Positions 1-6,015 of a DNA stretch of 10,346 nucleotides are shown piece after piece. The position numbers and the translations under genes are program-made. The DNA is from Candidatus Sysuimicrobiota bacterium (GTDB lineage: Bacteria > Sysuimicrobiota > Sysuimicrobiia > Sysuimicrobiales > Sysuimicrobiaceae): positions 1-10,346 of the forward strand of contig PSLI01000053.1 in the NCBI GenBank assembly GCA_040289515.1, in the 5' to 3' direction. The notes under the pieces are model-generated. The model was not told the origin of the DNA and ran no database searches. It was given only the letters and a program-made list of their open reading frames with translations. Position 1 is the stretch's first letter. Each line of letters starts with the position of its first letter.

Positions 1-46
1 CCCGCCCCTGCGGCGGCATGTCGGCCTGCGAGGAGGTGACGCGCCG

Positions 47-189
47 GTGGAGCTGGGCTACGTGACGGTCTTCACGCCGGCCTTCGAGGCCGAGGTGGAG
101 TTCTACGAGCGGGTCCTGGGCCTGCCGGTGGAGCACCGCAACCCCCACTGCGTGCGCTTCGCACGGGCACCTGCGCGCTCGCGGTGCAG
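47..189 (+). pseudogene. VOC/glyoxalase-bleomycin resistance family N-terminal remnant (frameshifted, truncated)
   Basis: SD AGGAGGTGA at 31-39, then GTG at 47. MELGYVTVFTPAFEAEVEFYERVLGLPVEHRNPHCVRF fits the VOC N-terminus (FYxxVLGL). A VOC-like continuation TGTCALAVQ is in another frame at 163-189, after which similarity ends. Confidence 0.7.
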
Positions 190-345
190 CGCACGGGACG
201 CCGCTGCACTTCGAGGTACGGGGGTCGGGCCCGCCGGTCTACGTGTGCCACGGCGGGCCGGAGGCGACCTACTCCTACCTGGCCGACGCCCTGGAGCCCC
301 TGGCCCGGCGCTTCACCTTCGTCTACCCGAACGCCGCCGGCACGA
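189..345 (+). pseudogene. alpha/beta hydrolase (proline iminopeptidase-like) N-terminal remnant
   Basis: The frame from 189 reads AHGTPLHFEVRGSGPPVYVCHGGPEATYSYLADALEPLARRFTFVY (GxGPP..HGGP motif). The expected DxRGxGxS is degraded to PNAAGTSS. No own start codon or SD and no nucleophile elbow. Confidence 0.7.
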
Positions 346-388
346 GCAGCACGATCCGGACGGCGAAACGACGGGGGCCTGCGTCTGC

Positions 389-1084
389 TCAAGCGTCCTG
401 GCCAGGCTGCGTGGGTTCCCCGGAGACGGGCGCATCGCGAGCCCGCTGGCGGAGACGGCGCGCCTTGGCCCGGTTGCCGCAGTCCTCCATCGCGCACCAC
501 CGGCGGCTGCGGTTGCGGCTCATGTCCACGAAGAGCCATCCGCACTCGTCGTCCGCGCACCGGCGCACTCGCGCCAGGTCACCGGACGTGAGCAGTTCGG
601 CGGCCGAGGCCAGGATGGGCCAGAGGGGCCGATCCAACGGCGTGGCCTCGTCATCGGCCCACGCCCAGTCGAAGCCCCCGGGGCGCGCCTGCAAGCGGAG
701 GCGAGGCAGCGCCCGAGCCAGGGCCCGGTTGAGGTGCTCCAAGTCGTCGGCCGGAGGCTCCCGCGCGGCGGCCACCGCGGCAAAGATCCGGTACATCGCC
801 TCCCGCAGCGCGAGGGCCTCGCGCAGCGCTCCCGCCGCCTCGGCTGGGCGGGCGCGGCCTGCGGCCATCAGGCCTTCGGCAGTCTGCCGGTCGACGGCTC
901 CGGCGTGTACTGCCCACTGCACGAATTCATCGAAGCTCGTCAGCCATTCCTTCGGGTGGTCCGTGCCGTGCCAGTCCACGGTGTTGACGAAGTCCAGGCA
1001 CAGCCGCCCGCCGACGAGCTTCAGGTTCGACGCGGACGGGGGAGCCTGTGGCGTCTTCTCCCGCCTTGACGCCGTGTCCGCCAT
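389..1084 (-). CDS. ABATE domain / CGNR zinc-finger protein, putative transcriptional regulator (231 aa)
   Basis: N-terminal LVGGRLCLDFVNTVDW (ABATE) and C-terminal RVRRCADDECGWLFVDMSRNRSRRWCAMEDCGNRAKARR (CGNR finger, 4 Cys). ATG at 1084 is preceded by SD GGAGAGG, so it is preferred over the ORF-track start at 1141. Confidence 0.93.
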   Translation of the reverse strand: MADTASRREKTPQAPPSASNLKLVGGRLCLDFVNTVDWHGTDHPKEWLTSFDEFVQWAVHAGAVDRQTAEGLMAAGRARPAEAAGALREALALREAMYRIFAAVAAAREPPADDLEHLNRALARALPRLRLQARPGGFDWAWADDEATPLDRPLWPILASAAELLTSGDLARVRRCADDECGWLFVDMSRNRSRRWCAMEDCGNRAKARRLRQRARDAPVSGEPTQPGQDA

Positions 1085-1136
1085 GGCCTTCAGACCTCTC
1101 CAAACGAAGGGCACGTCCGTCGCTCGGTTCGCCGTC

Positions 1137-1142
1137 ATCATA
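1137..1142 (-). promoter_or_regulatory. candidate -10 element (TATGAT) for the CGNR regulator gene
   Basis: Minus-strand TATGAT about 50 nt upstream of ATG 1084. No good -35; that region abuts the left half-site of the inverted repeat at 1165-1192. Confidence 0.45.
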
Positions 1143-1164
1143 CCCGGCCGGCGGCCGCTGCCTC

Positions 1165-1192
1165 TAACCTGTGTAAGACGCTTGACAGGTTA
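1165..1192. promoter_or_regulatory. inverted repeat TAACCTGT-N12-ACAGGTTA, putative operator 1
   Basis: Perfect 8-bp arms (1165-1172 and 1185-1192) in an AT-richer patch between divergent genes. The right arm overlaps TTGACA. Confidence 0.7.
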
Positions 1193-1211
1193 CATGACTG
1201 GGGCTTAGGCT
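1182..1211 (+). promoter_or_regulatory. sigma70-type promoter for the DinB-family gene
   Basis: Consensus TTGACA (1182-1187), 18-nt spacer, TAGGCT (1206-1211; TAnnnT). A second TAGGCT at 1213-1218 comes from a 7-bp tandem TAGGCTG. Confidence 0.65.
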
Positions 1212-1219
1212 GTAGGCTG

Positions 1220-1247
1220 TAACCAGCGTTCTCCAAGTGGGTGGTTG
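1220..1247. promoter_or_regulatory. second copy TAACC-N18-GGTTG, putative operator 2
   Basis: TAACC at 1220-1224 and GGTTG at 1243-1247 (AACCA/TGGTT arms). Same 18-nt spacing as operator 1, 55 bp downstream of it. Confidence 0.5.
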
Positions 1248-1302
1248 AGTGGGATCCGCCGAAGCGGGCCACCCGCTTGGAGGAAGGGGGAGGCCGTCGG
1301 CC

Positions 1303-1797
1303 ATGGCGCTGCAGGAACGGCTGGTTCGCTGCGTCACCGTCTTGCTGGATGAGGCGTTCGCAGGCCCCCCGGGACGCTCCAGCTGGTTCACCGACTCCCA
1401 TCCCGGGGCCGGGCTGTTCGGGACCCTGGATGCCGTCCCGGCCGCAGCGGCCTCGACGCCGCCGGGGCCCGGCAGGACCACCGTCGCAGCCCACGTGGAG
1501 CACCTTCGCTTCAGCCTCAACCTGGCCAACCGGGCGTTGCGAGGCGAAGACCCCTACCCCACGGCCGATTGGAAGGCGAGCTGGGCCCTCCAGCAGGTGG
1601 ACGACGCCGCCTGGGAGCGTCTCAAGGCGTCGCTTCGGGACGAGTACCTGGCCCTGCGGGAGGCGTTGCAGTCGCCGGGTGCCTGGGCTGAGGACGACGA
1701 GGCGCTCACCGGCGTCCTGGCGACCATCGCCCACGGCGCCTACCACCTGGGCGCGCTCCGCCAGATGGTCCGCTCGCTGCCGCCGGGGTCCGCCTGA
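1303..1797 (+). CDS. DinB/YfiT-like four-helix-bundle superfamily protein (164 aa)
   Basis: SD GGAGG at 1289-1293, ATG at 1303. TVAAHVEHL and IAHGAYHLGALRQ give the DinB-type His...HxxxH metal-binding pattern. Confidence 0.85.
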   Translation: MALQERLVRCVTVLLDEAFAGPPGRSSWFTDSHPGAGLFGTLDAVPAAAASTPPGPGRTTVAAHVEHLRFSLNLANRALRGEDPYPTADWKASWALQQVDDAAWERLKASLRDEYLALREALQSPGAWAEDDEALTGVLATIAHGAYHLGALRQMVRSLPPGSA

Positions 1798-1845
1798 GAG
1801 GGCCTGGCCTGCGTTCGCGCGTGGCAGCCGTGCGGAGGGGGAGGG

Positions 1846-1980
1846 TCAGGCGAAGCCTTGGCTGGACAGGCGATGCGAAGGCAGGGGGTGCCTGGCGGGG
1901 GACTCGGGCCGCCCCGGAGGCAGTTCCGGCATGACGGTCGCATCCACAAGGGTCATAGGCGTGCGGCGGCCCATGGGCAT
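1846..1980 (-). pseudogene. possible decayed PIN/VapC C-terminal remnant
   Basis: Minus frame reads MPMGRRTPMTLVDATVMPEL...HRLSSQGFA*, loosely resembling VapC tails of the type GRR.LSLVD..SF.VM......AFD.HF..QGF. Weak, by-eye similarity only. Confidence 0.2.
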
Positions 1981-2194
1981 CGTCCGGCTGGGCTCCCCCC
2001 TCGGGCGTCCCACCGGAGGCATTCGCCCCCGGAGCCTGGCCGGATGGCTCCGCTGCGTGGGGCGACGAGGGAATCGCGCTCGTACGGGGCTGTGCCCCCC
2101 GCCGCCCGAGGGGTCCGGCGGCGCCGCGACCTCCCCACGCCGGGGTCGCCGGCTTGGTGCTCCTCAGCTCCGGTGCCCGTCTGGATGCGGCCGG

Positions 2195-2326
2195 GTGGGG
2201 CGCGGCCGGCGCACCGCCATGGCCCTGCTGCTGTTGGCCAACGCCCTCTGGGCTGCCTCCCACCTTGCGGCCAGGGTGGCCCTGAACACGCTGCCGCCGC
2301 CACTTACGGATCTGCGCGAATTGTAA
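2195..2326 (+). pseudogene. EamA/DMT family transporter N-terminal remnant
   Basis: VGRGRRTAMALLLLANALWAASHLAARVALNTLPPPLT resembles the first TM helix and loop of DMT permeases (LWxxS...A.K/R.AL..LPP). It stops at TAA 2324-2326 after about 40 codons, against about 300 expected. Confidence 0.65.
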
Positions 2327-2352
2327 AACCTAGCCACGAGGGAGGGATTGCC

Positions 2353-2650
2353 GTGTTCGAGCGCATCGGGTCGGGCAGCCCTTGGGAGCCTGTGGTGGGC
2401 TATGCGCGCGCTGCGCAACATCGAGGCGGCTCTGGCCCGCGTCGGTACCCGTCTTGAGCACGTGGTACGCACCCGCATGTACGTCACGGACATCAGCCGG
2501 TGGGAGGAGGTGGGCAGGGCGCACGGCGAGTTCTTCCGGGACATTCGGCCCGCCGCCACCATGGTCGAGGTGCCGCGCCTGATCCACCCGGACATGCTGG
2601 TTGAGATCGAGGCCGAGGCGGTGCTTCCCGACGAAGGAGCCGGATCCTGA
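2353..2650 (+). pseudogene. RidA/YjgF/UK114 family protein with internal deletion and frameshift
   Basis: SD GGAGG near 2341, GTG at 2353. MFERIGSGSPWEPVVGYARA is followed in another frame from 2408 by ALRNIEAALARVGTRLEHVVRTRMYVTDISRWEEVGRAHGEFFRDIRPAATMVEVPRLIHPDMLVEIEAEA. The usual intervening VRVG..VxVSGT...YxQ segment is absent. Confidence 0.85.
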
Positions 2651-3025
2651 CCGGCGTGACCGCGGGCGGGAGGGGCCGGGGCGTGGTCCGCCGTGCTCAT
2701 GCGCTCGGCGGAGGGTGCGGAGGGCCCTGCCTCGCGTCCAGCCAGGGAGTCTAGTGCTCCGGGGAGCGCGCGTCCGGGGTGGGAGCGGTCGCCCCGCCAT
2801 CCGGCACGGGCGCGGGTGGAGCGGGAGATGGCGAGCAGGGTGCGGTGTTCTCGCCGGCGGGCGCGCGGGGCGCGCTGCCGGGTCGCGAGGCCCCCGCCCG
2901 AGGGGACGGCCTGCGGGACCGCCGGGCATCTCCGCCGCACGGGGAGCCGCACCCGGGGCCGGCAGGCGTGTTGCGCCGCAGGTGAGCGGCAGCCCAAGGA
3001 CATGCCAGGGTGAGGTGAGACGCCG

Positions 3026-3343
3026 GTGTCGCCGTCCCGACGCGAGCCCCGAGCAGCCGATTCACCGCAGGACCCCTTGCCGTCCCCGGGGGAGGAGGTC
3101 TTCGTCCGCAGGGGCGCCGTGACGCTGTCCGGCTTCGTGTTGACCCCCGACCGCCCGGGGTCTCAGCCCGCGGCCGTCCTCATCCACGGCAGTGGCCCTA
3201 CGTCGGTGCGCGAGTACTGGAGGCCGCCCGCCCAGTTCCTCGTCGCCAAGGGGCTCGCTGTGCTCGCCTTCGACAAGCCGGGCGTGGGGCTCATGGGGCG
3301 GGTGCGGCGGCTGCTAGCTTGCGGGGAGCGGTTGGTCAGCTGA
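3026..3343 (+). pseudogene. truncated alpha/beta hydrolase (HGSGP...DKxGVG type)
   Basis: SD GAGGTGA at 3012-3018, GTG at 3026. EEVFVRRGAVTLSGFVLTP...PAAVLIHGSGP...GLAVLAFDKPGVG (to 3289) is followed by an unrelated 17-aa tail and a stop. No GxSxG nucleophile motif. Confidence 0.8.
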
Positions 3344-3503
3344 ATTGGCGCCTCACCGGGTCTGGCGCTGGCAAAGCCCCTTGACCCTGCCTTGGCAGCC
3401 CCTTCTTGCGGCACCGCGATGGTTCGCCTGAACCCTGGGGGCGGCGCTTCCCGGCCCTGGCACCTTCCGCAGGTTCACACCCTGTTGGCGCGGGCCGCTA
3501 GGA

Positions 3504-3509
3504 TAGAAT
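3504..3509 (+). promoter_or_regulatory. -10 element TAGAAT positioned for leaderless transcription
   Basis: TAGAAT lies 6 nt before ATG 3516, with no convincing SD in between. Confidence 0.6.
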
Positions 3510-3515
3510 AGGCGC

Positions 3516-4001
3516 ATGGAGCTGAAACGGATTCCCATCGAAAAACCAGATGGCCTGAACGTCATCCTCGGACAGTCCCACTTCATCAAGACGGTGGAGG
3601 ACCTGCACGAGGCACTGGTGACCGCGGTTCCCGGCATCAAGTTCGGGTTGGCCTTCTCCGAGGCGTCCGGCAAGCGGCTGGTGCGCCGGTCCGGCACCGA
3701 CCCGGAACTCGTGGAGCTGGCGGTCCGCAACGTGCTCGCCATCGCAGCGGGCCACACCTTCCTCATCGTGCTGGGAGAAGGCTACTACCCCATCAACGTG
3801 CTGCCCGCGGTGAAGGCCTGCCCGGAGGTGGTGCGGATCTTCGCGGCCACCGCCAACCCCCTCGTGGTGGTGGTGGCGGAGGAGGGGGAGCAGCGGGCCG
3901 TTCTAGGGGTGATGGATGGCTTCAAGCCCCTGGGGGTGGAGGACGAACCCGAGGTGGCTTGGCGCAAGGACCTTTTGCGCAGGTTCGGCTACAAGCTGTA
4001 G
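3516..4001 (+). CDS. adenosine-specific kinase family protein (DUF355, PAE2307-like; 161 aa)
   Basis: Hallmark motifs NVILGQSHFIKTVEDL, FGLAFSEASGKRLVR, GHTF, YPINVL, CPEVVRIFAATANP, LGVMDG and the C-terminal RxDLLRRFGYKL. Confidence 0.92.
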   Translation: MELKRIPIEKPDGLNVILGQSHFIKTVEDLHEALVTAVPGIKFGLAFSEASGKRLVRRSGTDPELVELAVRNVLAIAAGHTFLIVLGEGYYPINVLPAVKACPEVVRIFAATANPLVVVVAEEGEQRAVLGVMDGFKPLGVEDEPEVAWRKDLLRRFGYKL

Positions 4002-4008
4002 GCGGAGC

Positions 4009-4941
4009 GTGGAGATCATCGACGCCCACGTGCACCTGGTGACTCCCCGCATGGTGGAGCGCACCCTGCAGCCCCACCTGCCCATCCGGGCTCCTGCCCT
4101 GGAGGCCGCATCGCGGGTCAGGCGGCGGCGGCTGCAGGAGCTGGCGGGCCAGACCCTGGAAGAGATCGCGGCGTGGTGGGAGCGCCAGCTGGACGCCCAC
4201 GGGGTGTCCGCGGCCTTCTTCATCGCGGTGGGCGAGGCCAACGAGGAGCTGGCGGAGTTCTGCGCCCTCAACCCGCGGCGCTTCTTCGGGTGGGGCAGCC
4301 TGTCGGACCCCCTCCACCCCGATGCCCCGCGCATCGTGGCTCACTTCCCGCAGTGGGGCCTGCGCGGCCTGAAGCTCTACCCGCCTACCCAGCGCTTCCA
4401 CGCCAGCGACCGGGCGGTGTTCCCGGTCTACGAGAAGGCCGCGGAGCTGGGGATCCCGGTGCTGTTCCACTTCGGGATCACCGTGGCCCCCTTGTACGAC
4501 CTCACGTACGCCAACCCCCTCAACCTGTCCGCGGCGGTCAAGCAGTTCCCGGAGGTGACCTTCGGCATCGCGCACTTCGGGGCCGGGTTTTTGAGGGAGA
4601 CACTCATGCTGGCCTACCACACGGACAATGTGTTCGTGGACACCTCGGGAACCAACAACTGGCGGGAGTACACGCCCGGGAACCCGTCGCTGGAGTCGGT
4701 GTTCGCGGACGCCCTTCGGGCCTTCGGGCCGGGCCGGGTGGTGTTTGGGACCGACACCGCGGTGGGCCCGTATCGCGGGCAGATCCTGCACGAGCAGCTG
4801 GCCCTCCTGGACCGGTTAGGGCTGTCGGAGGAGGAGAAGGCCCTCGTGATGGCGGGCAACGCCCGGCGACTGTTCCGCCTGGACAGCCCGGCGTCCGAAA
4901 CCACCTGGGCGGCTAGGGAGCCATCAGGTACTGGACGCTGA
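4009..4941 (+). CDS. amidohydrolase family 2 (TIM-barrel metal-dependent hydrolase; 310 aa)
   Basis: GTG 7 nt after the upstream stop. Motifs IIDAHVH (HxH), GLKLYP, PVLFHFG, IAHFG, VFVDTSG, VVFGTD and GNARRLF. Confidence 0.9.
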   Translation: MEIIDAHVHLVTPRMVERTLQPHLPIRAPALEAASRVRRRRLQELAGQTLEEIAAWWERQLDAHGVSAAFFIAVGEANEELAEFCALNPRRFFGWGSLSDPLHPDAPRIVAHFPQWGLRGLKLYPPTQRFHASDRAVFPVYEKAAELGIPVLFHFGITVAPLYDLTYANPLNLSAAVKQFPEVTFGIAHFGAGFLRETLMLAYHTDNVFVDTSGTNNWREYTPGNPSLESVFADALRAFGPGRVVFGTDTAVGPYRGQILHEQLALLDRLGLSEEEKALVMAGNARRLFRLDSPASETTWAAREPSGTGR

Positions 4942-5866
4942 AGGGAAGCTGCGGAGGTGGCACTGGGCGCAGCCAGGGCAGTTGCCACCGCAACAGCGAT
5001 CCCAGGAAGCCCTCCTCCGGGTACTCCACGACCCGGGCCCGCCTCAGCCGCGCCAGCTGGAGAGCCTCCGAGAGGGCATCCTCGAAGGAGCCCAGCTGAT
5101 CCACGAGCCCCAGGCGGTGGGCCTGGGCTCCCGTGTAGACGCGGCCGTCCGCCAGCTGCAGCACCCGCGCGCGGGCCAGTCGCCGGCCCTGCACCACCAC
5201 CTCCACGAACCGACGATACGCCTCCTCCACGATGCCCTGAAACAGAGCTGCCTCCTCACGCGTGAGGAGTCGGTCGGGGTTGCCCATGTCCTTGAACCGG
5301 CCGCTCTTGAACACCACGGTCCTCAGCCCGATCCTGCGGTTGAACTCCTGAAAGTTGGGCAGGACCACCAGGACCCCGATGCTGCCCGTCAGGGTGGAGG
5401 GGTCGGCCACGATGCGGTCCGCGGCCGCGGCCACGTAGTAACCCCCGGAGGCGGCCACCTCTGTGAGCAGGGCCACCACGGGCTTGCCCTGCTGGCGCAG
5501 CCGCACCACCTGGTCATGGATGCGGGCACTGGCCACCACCGAACCGCCGGGCGTGTTGAGCTCCAGCAGGATCGCCTTGACCTGCGGGTCGCGGCCCGCG
5601 CGCTGCATCTGTTCGAGCACGCGGCGGGCGGAAGCCGCCTGTCCCAGGGAGAACAGCCCACCGCCCTCCTGGCTGATGGGGCCTACCAGGCGCACGAGGG
5701 CCACCTTGTCCGGACCCTCACCCGCTACCACCCGCTCCTCGCGACCCCCGGGTGCGCGCAGTTGGGCCCCCAGGGCGAACCCGGCCGCCAGGCCCACCAG
5801 AGCCGCCCCCAGAAGGGCCACGGAGGCCAGGACTGCAGCTGCCGCCCACACCACCGGTCGCTGCAT
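4913..5866 (-). CDS. sppA: signal peptide peptidase SppA, 36K type (peptidase S49; 317 aa)
   Basis: N-terminal TM helix, then LLELNTPGGSV, VAASGGYYVA (catalytic Ser), TGSIGV, KSGRFKD, ADGRVYTGAQA, LGLVD. ATG at 5866 with SD-like GGGGGTG upstream. Confidence 0.93.
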   Translation of the reverse strand: MQRPVVWAAAAVLASVALLGAALVGLAAGFALGAQLRAPGGREERVVAGEGPDKVALVRLVGPISQEGGGLFSLGQAASARRVLEQMQRAGRDPQVKAILLELNTPGGSVVASARIHDQVVRLRQQGKPVVALLTEVAASGGYYVAAAADRIVADPSTLTGSIGVLVVLPNFQEFNRRIGLRTVVFKSGRFKDMGNPDRLLTREEAALFQGIVEEAYRRFVEVVVQGRRLARARVLQLADGRVYTGAQAHRLGLVDQLGSFEDALSEALQLARLRRARVVEYPEEGFLGSLLRWQLPWLRPVPPPQLPFSVQYLMAP

Positions 5867-5929
5867 TTCCACACCCCCTAATGCGGGTTCGGTGAACACC
5901 TTAGGCCACCGGGTACGGCCCCGCAACCT

Positions 5930-5968
5930 CTTCATGAACTCTTAACGGGGGCTTAAACAGGGCTTTGT
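5930..5968 (+). promoter_or_regulatory. Pho-box-like array of four direct repeats at 11-bp period
   Basis: CTTCAT (5930), CTTAAC (5941), CTTAAA (5952), CTTTGT (5963), directly upstream of pstS. An 11-bp phase is characteristic of PhoB/PhoP/SphR sites. Confidence 0.75.
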
Positions 5969-6015
5969 GGGGATGGCCCAGGCTGAGGGCGAAAACCATC
6001 GGGGAGGTGACGAGG

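Noticed and set aside
33..49. GAGGTGA-NN-CGCCGGTG shared with 3012-3028 at the starts of two pseudogenes
   Set aside because: Most of the match is the SD plus the GTG start. The remaining CGCCG is unremarkable in GC-rich DNA.
1161..1302. Integron attC site (TAAC...GTT ends, long stem, cassette-like neighbouring genes)
   Set aside because: The 1165-1192 palindrome is too short. The longer stem has no complementary GTTRRRY end. No second copy and no integrase in the window.
47..2457. Long ORF-track entries 47-1069, 243-1208, 1241-2326, 1858-2457 and similar as real proteins
   Set aside because: They are read-through of short remnants into antisense or alternative frames of real genes. The Arg/Pro/Gly-rich composition is typical of stop-poor GC-rich frames.
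2651..3025. Coding gene or structured RNA in the very GC-rich gap after ridA
   Set aside because: No recognisable motif in any frame. The short GC hairpins present are expected by chance at this composition.
3369..3410. c-di-GMP-I riboswitch-like words GCAAAGCC...GGCAGCC, and imperfect direct repeat TGGCA(AA)GCCCCTT
   Set aside because: No upstream GGCAAAC/GNRA P2 stem and no P3 pairing. The downstream gene also appears leaderless.
3421..3477. Alternative pairing of TGAACC (3429-3434) with GGTTC (3421-3425) or GGTTCA (3472-3477); possible LexA-type box
   Set aside because: Arms are only 5-6 bp, and the orientation GTTC-N4-GAAC is the reverse of the GAAC-N4-GTTC box. Compatible with chance.
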